64,000 nucleotides of DNA from Psammoneis japonica (taxonomy: Eukaryota), in the NCBI GenBank assembly GCA_008632985.1, contig QPGO01000001.1:124001-188000 (forward strand). The letters are read 5' to 3'. A program made the position numbers and the translations under genes. The first letter of the stretch is position 1. Every line of letters starts with the position of its first letter. Shown here piece by piece: positions 24,620 to 38,399 of this stretch. The notes under the pieces were generated by a model. That model saw only the letters and a program-made list of their open reading frames with translations, had not been told where the DNA came from and made no database searches.

Positions 24620-27290
24620 TTCTGAAAGTTTCCTCTGGTTGTTCCTGGAGATCTTCAGTGCCTTTGGCTTTCAGTTGTTGGATTGGTTGGTTGTGTCAGG
24701 GTGCCCTTTAACTCTGGAGCAGTTGGGAAAATTTCTCACCCCATTTTGGCATGGATTGAGTGACCGGGGGCTGGAACTTCACAAGATGAGCCTTGCAATG
24801 CTCAACCAACATTCTCACAGTGTTCCCTGAGTTTCTCTGGACACCTTCAATGCCCTCAGCCTGCAGTTGCTGTGTTGGTTGGTTGCATCAGGGTGTCCTT
24901 TCACTCTGGACTCAGGGCTTTCATCAGGTGTCAGGTCTTGCTCTGGCATGGAGCAAGTGACTGGGGGCTGGAGCTGCACCAGATGTTCCTTGCAACACCC
25001 CCCCCACTGATCTCAAAGTGTTTTCTGGGTTTCACTGGAGACTGTCAATGCCCTCAGCCTGCAGTTGTTGGGTTGGTTGGTTGCACCAGCATCAGGGTGT
25101 CCTTTCACTCTGGAGTCAGGACTTTCATCAGCTGTTGCTCTGGCTTGGCTGAAGTGACTGGTGGCTGCAACTGGACCAGATGAGCTTTGCAACATTCCAC
25201 CACTGTTCTCAAACTGTTCCCTGGGCTCCACCAGAGATTGTTGGGTTGGCTGGTTGTGTCATGCTGGTGTTCTTTCTCTGGGGAGACAGGAGTTTTTCTG
25301 CTCTCACTCTGGCGTGGCTGAAGTGACTGGTGAGCACCACTGCACAAGGCACAAGATGAGCCTTTCAAAACTCCATCACCACCCTCAAAGTGTCCTCTGG
25401 TTTCCCCTGCAAATCTTCGATGCCTTTGACCTGCAGTTGATGGGTTGGTTGGTTGTGTCAAGGTGTCCTTTCACTCTGGAGCAGTTGGGAATTTTCCTCC
25501 TCTCATTTTGGCATGAATTGAGTGTCTGAGGGCTGGAACTGCAACAGACGAGCCTTGCAACACTCCACCGCTGTTCTCAAAATGTTCCACAGGTTCCACA
25601 GGAGACCTCCAATGCCCTCAGAAAACAGTCATTTGGTTGGTGGGTTACATCAGGGTGTCATTTCACTCTGGAGCAGTTTGGCAGTTAACTGCTCTCAATC
25701 TGGCATGAAGCAAGTGACTGGGGGTTGCAACTGCATCAGGTGAGCCTTGCTGCACCAAAACACCAATCTCAAAGTGTTTCCTGGGTTTCACTGGAGAAGT
25801 TCAATGCCCTCAGCCTGCAGTTGATGGGTTGGTTGGTTGCATCAGGGTGTTCTTTCTCTGAGGAGTTGTGGGAGTTTTTCTGCTCTCACTCTAAAAGGCG
25901 TTCAGTGATTGGTGGCTGCAAATGCACCAGATGGGCCTTGCAACACTCCACTGCCATTCTCACAGTGTTTCCTGGGTTTGCCTGAAGAGCTTCAGTGTCC
26001 TCAGCATGCAGTTGTTGGGTTGGTTGGTTGCATGAGTGTGTTCTTTCTCTGAAGAGTCAGGAATTTCAGCTCTCACCATGTCATGGAGTGAGTGACTGGT
26101 GGCTGCACTTGCACCAGATGGGCCTTGCGACACTCCACTGCCATTCTCACAGTGTTCCCTGAGTTCCTCTGACGAGCTTCAATGCCCTCAGCCTGCAGTT
26201 GTTGGGTTGGTTGGTTGCATCAGGGTGTTCTTTCTCTGAAAAGTTGGGAGTTTTTCAGCTCTCACTCTGGCATGCATTCAGTGGCTGGTGGCTTCAACTG
26301 CAACAGATGGGCCTTGCAACACTCCACCAGCACTCTCAAAGTGTTCCCTGGAACCCTCCAAAGACCTTTGATGCCCCCAGCCTGCAGTTGATGGGTTGGT
26401 TGGTTTGCTGCATCAGCGCATCCTTTCACTTTGGATTCAGCAGTTTCAAGTCTCACTCTGGAATGGATTGAGTGACTGGTGGCTGCAACTGCACCAGATG
26501 AGCTCTTTGACACTCCAGCAACATTCTCAAAGTGTTCCGCCCTGGGTTCCAGTGGAGACCTTCAGTGTCCTCAGCTCTCAGTTGTTGGGTTGGTTGGCTG
26601 TGTCAGTGTGTCCTTTCACTCTGGAGTCAAGAGTTTCAGCTCTCACTCTGGCATGTGTCAAGTGACTGGCAACAGCAACTGCACCAGAGGAACCTCACAA
26701 CCTCCACCACCATTCTCAAAGTGTTCTCTTGGATCCACTGGAGACCTTCAATGCCCTCAGAATGCACTTGTTGGGGGTTGTTTGGTTGCACAATGATCAG
26801 TGTGTCCTTTGGCTCTGGAGTCAGCAGTTTCAGCTCTCACTCTGGCATGGATTGAGTGATTGGTGGCTGCAAATGCATGAGATGAGTCTTGCAATGCTCC
26901 TCTGCTGCTCTCAAAGTGCTCCTTTTGTTTCAAGGGAGACCTTCAGCACCCTCAGCTCTCAGTTGTTGGGTTGGCTGGCTGCATCAGGGTCCTCTTTCAC
27001 TTTGGATTTGGCAGCTTCAGGTCTCACTCTGGAGTGGATCAAGTGACTGGTGGCTGCAACTGCACCAGACAAGCCTTGCAACACTCCACCGTCATTCTCA
27101 AAGTGCTCCCTGGGGTCCACCAGAGACTTTCAATGCCCTCAGCCTGCATTTGTTGGGTTGTTTGGTTGCATCAGAGTGTGTCCTTTTGCTGTGGAGTCAA
27201 AAGATTCAGCTCTCACTCTGGCACAGATCAAGTGATTGGTGGCTGCAACTGCACCAGATGAGCCTTGCAATGCTCCACCACTGTTCTGCT
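24620..27290. repeat. Tandem array, ~190-bp unit, ~14 diverged copies
   Basis: caatgccctcagcctgcagttgttgggttggttggttgcatcagggtgt recurs at ~24850, 25050, 25420, 25610, 25800, 25995, 26180, 26370, 26565, 26750, 26945 and 27130. Confidence 0.93.
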
Positions 27291-28604
27291 CAAAAAGTCT
27301 GTGCCTTTGGGTGTGTGGAAAAAGCTGAGAGTGCAGACAATTTCTTGTCAGAGGAAGCTTTTTCTGCTGCTGGCTGACACTTGCTCCTCAATGCTTTGAA
27401 ATTGTGTCTGGGGACAGGAAGAGTGTGGGCAGATGATGATGATGATGGCAGCAATGACGACATGTTCGATCGCATTGTTGTGCTGGCAGCGCGTGGTGCT
27501 TGTTTGTGAGGACAGGCTGTGATGGGCAACAACAGCACCAAACAAAATGCGCTTGTTGTGGAAGGAAGCAACAACGCCACTTTCCATGCCACTGAAGTCC
27601 ACAGGACTTTTGGCATCTTCATTTTTCTTTTTGGCTTGCAACAACACAAACTCAAGTGCTGCACGCAACCACTCTCTAGAGAGAAAAGACTCAAAGCTTG
27701 ATGCCAAGAATGGCAAAGTGTCTGTTGCACTGCTCTGCAATGGGACTTTTGAGATTTTGATTTTTCTTTGATGGGTGTCAGTTGCGCGATCGTGCTCGCT
27801 AAAATTTTTGATTTTGCGGGCGGGTGACACAAGAACCGGCGGAAGAATTGTGCTGCCACCTGTTCCACATTGCAGAAATTGGCAGTCGTGCAAAGGAATG
27901 TTTTGCAGAATTGAGTGGGGAGCTCTGAAAGAATTTTTTTCACAATGACATTTAACGAAAGACTGTCTTTCGGCACACAAAAACGTCAGAAACACGAACA
28001 AAGCTGATCCCACGAACGTCCCCGATGCCCGATGTCAATGTGTCTGAAATCCCCAAATCATCATTCCCATCATAGACCATTTCGCATAACCCCATAACCT
28101 GTTTTTCTGACTGCGCCAAAACCACCACGTGAATGCGCGCAAGTCCAAAAGTTCTGGCACATTTGAAAAGAAAGACCACTGCAGGAGACGAAGAGCACAA
28201 GAACGGCAGCAGGGGATGCGGGATCAAATCAAGCCTGTGTCTAAAGCCTCTGTAATGTAAACAACGTTTTCTGAACTTTATGTGCCATAAATCCATCTCC
28301 TCCTCCTTTGATTGAAAAGAAATGATGACTTCTCTAGGGTGCCAAGTTTTTTGGCGCAGTCAAAGAATAGGTTATGAGTACTTTTTTGCTCTATGCGAAA
28401 TGCGGTCTATCGCCAAAAATCTAAGACCGGGACTGGTGCGAGAGTCGTGCCTGAATCGTATTCCGCCGCCACGCTCAACGTGCCCCACACGCTCACACAG
28501 ACGCAGTATTGTGTTTACAATTTACCGTTTACCGTTCCCGTTCGTGTCGTTGTCGTTGTTTCTTTATTGTCCTTGTCTTTCAAAAGCAATAAAAAGAAGC
28601 AGAA

Positions 28605-31287
28605 ATGGCAAATGAAGCCGCTCCAAATGAGATGAGAATCTGGTATGAGCTGTACGGTAAGCCAGCGTCGGTGATAATCGCTTCAAACGCCCTCGTTGAC
28701 GATTTCCGTAAGGCAATCATCTCGGAGAATCCTCCGCTGCAATCGCTTTCCCCGGGAACCATCGATATCTACAAGCCCGGGACGCCTGTCTGTTCCCGAT
28801 GGAACTGAATGTATCAACCCTCGTTGCAAAGTTGCTGATTTGGTTCTAAACATGGAGAGTGATACCTTGATTGTAGTTCCTCCTACACTGCCTCCGACAC
28901 AGGAGCAGCAGCAGCAGCAGCAGCGAGATGGTAAGTTGAGATGTTGCTCTCGTACTCAGTGTGCTTGTAGGTCGAACATCGATTTGAGCTGTGTTCTCAC
29001 CAGCGTTTCGCACAACTCGCGCCAGCAAACCGGTCCTTGGTGTCTGCATGTGAGAGGATTTTACCGCAGGATTGGGATGGACAAGCCCCAACCCTCAAAC
29101 CCTTTCAACCAGCGGACGATGCCTTGTTCCACTACATTTTCAACGGGAGGGCACAGATTCCCTGCATCCCGAAATATGATAAGCCCTCTCTTCTTCTTTT
29201 CGACCTGACAAACGAGGCACACAAAGAAACAGATGCCTACAAGTACATCGATACAAGTAGGAAAAGGGGACCGAGCGCAGTTTACGGCAGTTCTGGAGCG
29301 GGCAAGACACGGCGTGGACTCGAGTATCTCTCCCAAAATTATGGTTTCTACTTTGTTGTCGACAACAAGCGCAGATCCGATTCGTCTGTCGGAAGATAAT
29401 CTTAAGGTTGTGTTGAAGCACTTGAAAGTCTTGGTTGCTGCGCGGATAACGGTGTTTCATTGTCTCAAGAAAATCCGAGATCTGAGTTGCCACGAGTGGC
29501 TACTCATTCAGCTTTTCCCCGAGGAATTCCTGGGGAAAGACGTTTTCAAGACTTTAACGATTGATTGGTTGGAAAAGGACTTACCGATTGATCTTCCCGA
29601 AGTAACAACAAACATGGCTTGTTTCGTCGACGAGGCTTAGACACTCAAGGACAAATTGCCTCATTTTTTCTTGTCGAGTGATGGAAAGCCCGAAAGATCC
29701 GCATACAAGGCCTTTGTCCAGGGTTTCACTGGATTATCCGAAGAAATACCCATCTTGGGTTATCCGGTGTTTAGTGGTACGGGCTTGTCTCTTCATGCAT
29801 TGCAGAGCGAGACCAAGTCCGTGATGGCCAAACCACTTGTGCACGAGCCTGTCTTCACCAGCATGAAACCCCTGGGAATGTCGGAAATTACAGCTTATTT
29901 GCGACTTTTCTTGAACCTCGAAGGCGTCGGGTCGGACCTGATTGAGCACGTGGCAAAATGGTTGTGTGGTCGACCTAGGTGGGCTGCAACGTTTGTGGAG
30001 ACGTTTCTGCAGCACAAAAGCAGACAAGGGGGTTATGCCGCGTCCTCTGGGACTTTCACGGAACACGAACGCCCAATCATTCAAGCTATAGACCGTTACG
30101 TCGAAAGAGTTACCACGGATGCGAACCAGTCCGACAGGAGGCTTTCGTGGACTTTAGGAGAAAGTTCGGCCTACGCGGCTGTGAGCAAATTGTACACCCG
30201 TCGACTTGACAACAGCAACCAATGGTTGGTGATAAGTCAGCTCAAAGACGCAAGTTTTAAATTCGCTTTGTCCGGCAGCGCGATGACAGTGCGTGATACC
30301 ACCGCTCGCTTGATAGAGTATGGCATTGCGTCAGTGGTGACTCGCATCGGTGATGAAGGTGATGAACCGAGCGACTATGTTGACTGCAGGATAGATGAAC
30401 CTCTAATAGTGCAATCGTGCATCAAATTTTTTGGAACCGATAAATTGCTTGAGGTTGAAATGGCACTGAAACGCGGAGAAAGTGAAAAAGGAAATGGCTT
30501 CGAACATTTTCTACTTCCTGCAATCCAAGGCAACTTTTCGAAGGTGATGAAAGAGCAGCTGGAAGATGATATCGGTGACTTCGGTGACTATTCCGTGCCA
30601 AAGCTGTCGTCGTATGGTGTGCTTGCGTGTGAATGCTCGGGCATCGACGAAACCCTGAATTGGCTCAGTAATTCAATAGATGCTCGATTCGAAGGCATCG
30701 TTGAACCATTTTGCTTTCCTGACGAGAGCATTGGCCCGGACTTGATGTTCTTCCTTAGAAATCTTGTCTACGAAATGCGATTGTGTGTTGTGCAAGGAAA
30801 ATTCAAGTACAAAGTGAAAAATCAGGTAGGCGCTCTTCGCACCATTGAACCCAAGCAATTTTATCAGGAATCGCGAAAATTGGGACGTAATTCTTCTCCT
30901 GCGTCTGTCATGACCGAAGCACAACGTGAAACTTGGTCGACAATCCAAGAAACGTTGTTTAAAATGAAGAATGCCCCCGCTGCACAGAATGTACAGAATG
31001 GCAGACCTATGACACGCGCCAACAAAAGCAAGACCAAGACGCGAGTGAAGCGAGAACGAACTGCTGAGGTTGTCCGGATGATGGTCCAATTTCCTGCGAC
31101 TCGGACTATGTCAACCAACCCAGGGCTGGTGCCGTTTGATGAAAAGAGTACTTGCGGCCTGCAATGCAAACGCCATAAGCATGATGCTTTTTTGATAATT
31201 GATGGAAACAACGCTAAAACACTGTTTGGAGATCGTGCGGTGGATCTTTTGAAGCATGTCAAAAGCAGAAATAACGACGAGACCTAG
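28605..31287 (+). pseudogene. Crinkler-like gene: ubiquitin-like N-terminal header + P-loop NTPase + PD-(D/E)xK (REase)-like nuclease; disrupted
   Basis: Header (VDDFRKAI...LIVVPP, poly-Q); phase-1 GT-AG intron 28931..29025 that joins in frame; Walker A GSSGAGKT; Walker B FVDEA* (TAG at 29638-40 where Q is expected); GRPRW; GNGFE...FPDESIGPDL...VQGK. Frameshifts near 28790 and 29390. Confidence 0.8.
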
Positions 31288-31719
31288 AAGTAGTGATAGT
31301 CGTCGTCCTACAAGATGTACTTTAACAGCATGTCCTTCTGATCTATTAGTCGCACTGATTCGCCGTCCACTCCACGACATCATCATATTAGAAATCCCGA
31401 AGAGAGATATCTTGTGCTGTAGTGGCTTATGATGCAGCGCCCCAACGGAATAACCGCAAGCGGTCGTGTTGAATGATGTCGAAATGTCGACGACTCCTCG
31501 AATAATCTCGAAGCGTTCGGTTTTCAATAAGTTCAAATCAAAAATTGATGATGTCATTATTGAGGGACGCTTCAATCCCACATTTTCCTGTCGGGCAACT
31601 ACAGCAATCCTCATTATTTCTAAAACCATTTCTTGGCATCCCAACACACTAATCCAATTTTTCATTCTCTTAATGCTTGGAGAATGAATCCATGGTCATG
31701 AACTAGGATCTGTGGCAGA

Positions 31720-32830
31720 GAAGTGCAAACCATTTTTTGCATCAGTTGGAAGCAACTTTTCCCACTGGCTGACACCTGGCCATCACACAAGAACTCAAGT
31801 GCACACACAGAGGCTGCCCTGCCACCACAGCCTCAGTCAAGAAAGAACCACCCCAATCTGTGTTCAACCCTTTGAGTGTTCCTTGGGATGTGGAAAGCAA
31901 GTTCAGAAGCTGAGAGTGCAAACACTTTGGCAGAAGTGACGGTTTCTGCTGGCTGACACTTTGCCACCAGGGTCATCTGCTGCACACCCAGAGGCTGCTC
32001 TGCCAGCACAACCACAGCCAAGAAATTCACCCAAACTGTGCCCAAGCCTTTGAGATTGTGCATTGGGATGTGAAGATTGTTCTCAGAAGCTGAGAGTGCA
32101 AAAGGTTTGGAAGAAGTGACTTTTTCTGGTGGCCAAAACTTTGGTGCCTCCAGGTTTCTCTGCAGGCTCCCCAGACTTTGCTCTGGTGCCACAGTCACAC
32201 TCCACCAAAACACCAAAATTGCGCTCAGCCCTTTGAGACTGTTCCTTGGGACATGGACAGAGTGCAAGCTCAGAAGACAAGACTGCAAAAACTTTCACAA
32301 AAGTGACTTTTTCTGCTGGCTGACACTTCACCACAAGGGTTCTCTGAACACCTGGAGGCTGCTCTGCCAGCAAACCACAGCAAAGAAACCCACCCAATCC
32401 ATGCCCAAGCCTTTGAGGTTGTGCACTGAGATGTGAAAAGTGTGCTCAGAAGCTGAGAGTGCAAAAGGTTTGGCAGAAGTGCCTTTTTCTGGTGGCCAAA
32501 ACTTTGGTGCCACCAGGTTTCTCTGCTGGCTCCCCAGACTTTGCTCTGGTGCCAACACAACTGCAGAGTCCAGCAAACCACCCAAACTGTGCTCAACACA
32601 TTGAGATTGTGCCTTGCAACATGAAGAGTGTGCTCAAAAGAAAAAGCTGCAAACACTTTTTCACAAGTGACTTTTTTGCTGGCTGACACCTGGCCAATGT
32701 GCAGCTCTGCACTCACAGAGGCTGCTCTGCCACCACAACCAGGCTTCTTGCTTTGCACACTTCCCAGAGGTGGCTGCTTTGCCACCACAACTGCAGTTGA
32801 GCAAGCCACCCTGACTGTGCTCAACCCTTT
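31720..32830. repeat. Tandem array, ~180-bp units alternating A/B (~360-bp dimer)
   Basis: agaagctgagagtgcaaa...aagtgactttttctg at ~31905, 32085, 32268, 32448 and 32630; units 2 and 4 share ggtggccaaaactttggtgcc. A partial unit lies at ~27310-27420. Confidence 0.88.
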
Positions 32831-32849
32831 GAGATGTTGGTCCTTTGGA

Positions 32850-33780
32850 CACAAACAGTGTCCAGACAGAAAACGAGTCTGTCTGCAGACTCTGCTGAGG
32901 TGATGTTGGGCTAAAACAACAACACAAGATGGTGAGCCAAGCCAGCTGCCACTCTTGAAGTCCACCCCTGGGTCACATTGAGTTGTCTGGAGTCCTCTGC
33001 TGGCAACTGTTTGGTTTGTTTGTCATGCTTAAGGTGCCCACCCATTGTCCAGACAGAACTCAAGTCTGTCTGCAGACTGCTGGGGTGATGTTGGGCCAAA
33101 ATCACAACACAAGATGAGTCAAACCAACTGCCACTCTTGAGGTCCACCCCTGGGTCACATTGAGACATCTGGAGCCCTTTGCAAGCAACTGCTGTTTGGC
33201 TTGTTTGCCATGCTCAAGGCATCCATCTGTGTTGTCCAGACAGAAAATGAGTCTGTCTGCAGACTGCTGGGGTGGTGTTTGGCCAAAACCACAACACAAG
33301 ATGAGCCAAGCCAACCACCGCCACTCTTGAAGTCCACACCTGGGTCACATTGAGTTGACTAGAGCCCTCTGCAAGCAACTGCTGTTTGGCTTGTTTGCCA
33401 TGCTTGAGGCATCCATCCATTGTCCAGACAGAAAATGAGTCTGTCTGCTGCCAGCTTTGGGCAGGACTTTGATCCCAAACAATGACAGATGAGCCTTTCT
33501 GACCAAAATGAATGCTCTTAAAAACCACCTCAGGGACACAGTGAGAAGGACAAAATCCTTGGTTGACAACTGCACAGTCAATTTGTTGCACTTGAGGTGT
33601 CCATCCATTGTCCAAATGAAAAAATCCAGTCTGTCTTGTGCTGGTCTTGGGCAATGTTGGGCCAAAACAACACCAGATGAACCAAGCCAACCACATTGAG
33701 TGCTCTCAGTGAAGTCCACCTGAGGAGCACAGCAAAATGACCAGAGCTCTCAGCTGACAACTGTTTTTTTTTCACACTTG
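32850..33780. repeat. Tandem array, ~187-bp unit, ~5 copies
   Basis: tgtccagacaga...gtctgtctgcagact...ccactcttgaagtccac at ~32860, 33046, 33233, 33421 and 33609. Confidence 0.9.
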
Positions 33781-33789
33781 GGGTGCTCT

Positions 33790-34520
33790 TCCAGTCTCAC
33801 CCTTGGCGTGGTGTGAAGTGACATGGAGGCAACAACTGCACCAGAACAGCCTTGCAAAACTCAACCACAGTTCTTGAAGTGTTGCCTGGGGTCCACCAAA
33901 GACCCCCACACCCTCTGGCTGCAGTTGTTGGGTTCTTGGTTGGTGCACTCATGGCATCCTTCCACTGTGGAGTTGGGGTTTCAAGTCTCACCCCCTTGCT
34001 GTGGTCAGAAGTGACATGGGGCCATAGCTGAGCTAGGGTGGCCTTGCAACTCTCAAAATCACAGCTCTCAAAGTGTCCCCTGGGGTCCACCAAATGCTCT
34101 CAATGCCCTCTGACTGCAGCTGTTGGATTGGTTGGTGCACTTGTGATGGTGTCCTTTCACTGTGGACTTGGGATTTCAAGTCTCGCCCTTGGTGAGAGGT
34201 GTGAAGCGACATGGGGCCGCAGCTGCGCCAGGGCGGCCCTTGCAACTGTCAACCACAGTTCTCAAAGCATTGCCTGGGGTCCACCAAAGGCACCCAGGGC
34301 CCTCTGGCTGCAGTTGTTGGGTTGGCTGGTGCATTCATGGTGTCCTTTCACTGTGGAGTTGGGATTTCAAGTCTCACCCTCGTTGTGGTGTAAAGTGACT
34401 GTGGCAACAACTGTGCAAGAGTGGCCTTGAAAGTCTCAACCACAGTTCTTAAAACATGCCTGGGGTCCACCAAAGACCCCCAATGTGCTCTGGCTGCAGT
34501 TGTTGGGTTGGTTGGTGCCA
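33790..34520. repeat. Tandem array, ~190-bp unit, ~4 copies; homologous to the 24.6-27.3 kb array
   Basis: ggggtccacca at ~33887, 34082, 34276 and 34462. Shares ctgcagttgttgggttgg, gtgtcctttcact.tggagt and gccttgcaa...ttctcaaagtgt with the first array. Confidence 0.88.
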
Positions 34521-34799
34521 TCAATCTATGTGGAGTGACAGCCGCCGTGGCCATGACTTTCTCCACCCACTCTCATCAACAGACATCTTTCACTGCAAAT
34601 TCTGCAGCAAATGGTGGCTCCTCTCTGTGGCAGCAAACAATGAAAACCATTCTGTGGCAGTCATCTAGAGCAAATGCACAGAACTTTTCAGTCATTTGGA
34701 TTTAATGGTTTGACACATTTGATGCACTGGCACTCCTGGAAAACTCAACGTGACCCACAACAAAATAACCCCGATCTGCACCCTTCTCTGTGACCCTCT

Positions 34800-35330
34800 G
34801 CATTGTCATTCAAGCATGACACAGCCTTGATGTTTCCTGCACTCTGTCAAATTTGCATTCCAGGGTGTCTGGAAGAGAGTGTCAGGGCCAACTGTCAACA
34901 ACAAAAACTGAATCTAGACGAGAACACTCACCTGCATCAGAGTGGGAATGACGCGAGACACCCTCCCAGCAGCAAGTGACATGTTGTCATTCAAGCATGA
35001 CACACCCTTGGCATTTCCTTCACTCTTTCAAATTCGCATTCCAGGGTGTGTAAAAGAGAGTGTCAGAGCCAACTGACAACAGAAAAACTCAACGAGAACG
35101 CTCACCTGCTGCAGAGGCGGGTGCAATGCAAGAATTTCTCATGGCAAGTGATGGACTGATGTTCAAGCACAAAGCAATCTTGATTTTTCCCTTGCTCTGT
35201 CAAATTTTCATTCTGGGGTGTAAAAAAGAGAGTGCCAGAGCCAGCCTGACAACAGAAAAACCAAAACTCAATGAGAATGCTCACCTCATCTGCATCGGCG
35301 GAAACAATGCAAGAAACCCTCCCAGCAACA
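34800..35330. repeat. Tandem repeat, ~180-bp unit x3
   Basis: ttcaagca...tcaaatt..cattc..gggtgt...aagagagtg.cag...ctcacct at ~34809, 34990 and 35162. Confidence 0.85.
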
Positions 35331-38300
35331 ATGATGGAGCCCCGTGGATGTGCACCGTCGTAGAGCCTTGTCAAGAGAAGGGCACCACCGCAATGCACAA
35401 AAAAACAAAAGCTCAGGAGATGGCTTTCTTGGGCACTTGGGTGGTGTGGGGCCATCAATCACCACAACAATTCCCTGGCTGCATGCAGAAGGCATGTTGG
35501 CACACTGAAGACTCAACAGAGGAGAGAACACGATGGCGCTGGCAAGTGCACAAAGTGAGAACAGAGCAAGATCCGCCTCAAAACATTCACCCACCATCCA
35601 CAAAGAAGACGACAAAGACAGGTGTTCCATGCTCTGTCATTGAAGGCTGGGGCGTTGGTCACATCCACATCTGTGCCACTGTGTTCTCTTGCTGGCATGA
35701 TGGTGGTGCAACAACTTGCCCTCGTCGAAGATGCATTGACGGCCAAAGAAATCAAAAAACTTTCACAACCAACGCTTTGTCATTCTGTTGTTGTTTGCAT
35801 CAAACTAAACCCAGCAATGAAAGAGCAAAAAAATGAGGGTGCAGCGGCTTGCCATCATGGTGTTCAGTGCATCATTGATGACACCAGCAGGTGCCATCAT
35901 CTGTGGCTCACGACGCTCGCGGAGCGCACATCGCTGCGCAGAAATGCATTTTGCACTGTGATGTCATCTGCACGCAGATTCTATGGTGGTGCTGAAAAAC
36001 ACTTCCTTTGCCTCTTTTTTTGGGCTGAAATTCAATCTGCCTCCAACAATTCTCAGCACAAAAAATGCGCAAAATTTACGGAACGAAAATGGTGAGTTGC
36101 CGTTGCTGCATCAAAATGTTGCTGATCAATCCCTCTTGCCCAAAGCAACAATGTTTCAAATGGATCTTATTGACAACATGTGTGACCAACACATTGTACA
36201 AAAACATTGCCACTTTTGCCACTTGCAGAGGGAAAATCAGTCTTTGACCACTGCAACAGCTGTAAAATTGATTGTGCTCTGCTGTTGCTGAGTGCAAAAC
36301 CCAGACAAACAACCCAGGTGAGTGTGAACAAATCACTTGTTGCTGCAGTCTCTTTAAAATGACATGAATGTCACTCAATGCATTGTTCGTGTGGCATGGT
36401 GCCACACAGGTGCAGTCTTGTTTCAGCTCGGAAGAAGGATGGGCTCCAGTTTTAGGTGGTTGAGATCCAAAGTTGTGAGCAAAAAAGAAAAAAGTGTGGA
36501 CAATGTGTGCCCTCTGTGTAACATGTTCATCTTGTTCACAACATGAACAATGCTCACAGACATTGAATGGACAATTGTGAGTCTGGAGCTGTCTTTTTGG
36601 AAGCCGGGTTTGGATGTCACCTTTCAGGATGCAACTGCACAAAGCACGATCGAGTTTGCAAAGGACACAGGTGAGTTCAACTGTTCTCATGGGCGTGTTA
36701 GACTTCTCTTGTGTGCAAGTGATGCTCACAGGGCATGGTGCAACAGCAAGGGGGTCGCCGCGAGTGTTTTCTCATTGCACTGTTTGAAATGATGATTGCA
36801 CTTGTTGTGGCCGGTGCAAGGGACTCTTGGGGCATTGTTTGTCTTTCTTGGTTGTTTTGTCCCATTTCAACAACCGGGCCATTCAATGACAATGATGGGT
36901 GAACTAGACTGGGCATTTCAGTGGAGAACAGACATTGATGCAAGTGTTTTCTTGGCATGCTGGAGTTTGCCAGTTCAATCTGTCGTGGCATGTTGCATCT
37001 CCTCAAGGTCATGGCATGCAGTTCCCAGTCATAATTGGCTGTTAAGAGGACTGGTCTGCACTGCTTTGTCAAATCACTCATTTGTAAATCCACTCTCATC
37101 AATGCAGCAATGATTTCCAGCACTTGGAGCCTTGCAGAGAGAACTGCCTGCACTCACGAAGTTCTGGATCAATCCTGCTTTTTGGCTTCAATGTCGCTGA
37201 TTGTGTTTGTTGACTCTTCCCATTGCTCACATTCAATGTCCTTCTGTGTGGCAGATGCTTCCTGTGCCATTGTAAAGCCTTCAATCTACATCATTGACAA
37301 ACTGTGCATCGTTCTGTGCATGCAAAATGATGAAAATGGGTGTCTGACAAAGGGTTCCAGCCAGCTGTTGTCATTCACCTGTCACTGGCAGCATTTTCTG
37401 CAGTTTGATCTCGATTTTAGAAAGCACTGAACGCTTGACAATGCCTCTTTCCAGACAACATGAACAATTTAAGCTGTGCTCTGAATCCATTTGGAGCTGG
37501 CACATCCCAGGATCCAAGGTCAAACTGCTTGCAGCCATCCTCAGGAACTTGCACAACAAGTTTTTGACACCTGACAACCACCCAGGCTCATCTCGTGTAG
37601 TCACAGAGGGCGGCATTTGAGCCATTGATTGAAACTTTTGGAGGTCTGCAAGTGGTGCAGATGAGGGAAGGAGAAGACCTCCCATGGCTCAAGGAAGTGG
37701 TCAGTCCTGCCTGCTCATTGTTCAGCACTGCCAACAACAACGTGAGCTGCACCTGACATGCATTCATTGTTCTTCAACACATGAATGAGCAGCTTTGAGC
37801 GTCATGACATGCAGTTGCTTTGCTGAAGTTTGCCAAAATGATGCCAAGCACTGCATTGCATGCAAAGCCATGGTGCTCCGTGCAACTCGTCTTTCATTCA
37901 GATGAGCTTCCAATTCATCAAAACAGCTGCATTGGATGCTTCAAGTGGCCAATTCATGCAGTCAAGAACAAAGAATGCACATCAGGTGCAGTGTCTACAT
38001 TGTTGTCAGTGGAAGTCATCTGACCGTTTTTGTCATTGTCAGATTCCTGCACAATTTTCACTGCAGCAAAGCACTGAGTCACAAGCAGGCAGGACTGACC
38101 ACTTCACATTTGCGCACACTCATCTGAGCCCTTGCCAGGGACACACAGCATTTTGTTGCCAGTTGAGACATTTCCACAAATGAGTTGGACTGTTTGTTGG
38201 AAAAAATGCACTTGGACACAAATTTCAATCATTGGCAATGAACCAGACAAAATTGTCATGCAACTGGCCAGCATCTGTGTCTCCCAAACAAATGTCATGT

Positions 38301-38399
38301 GAGTTTTCAAAAGCAGCGCATGATGAAATGAACTTTTGGTGAAGACAAGCACATGTGAACAATTTTTTGTCAAGCTTTGTGTTGCTGACATCCAAATCC

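Noticed and set aside
24620..27290. CRISPR array or LRR-coding repeat
   Set aside because: Whole ~190-bp units are homologous with no unique spacers; the context is eukaryotic; no consistent reading frame or LxxLxL pattern.
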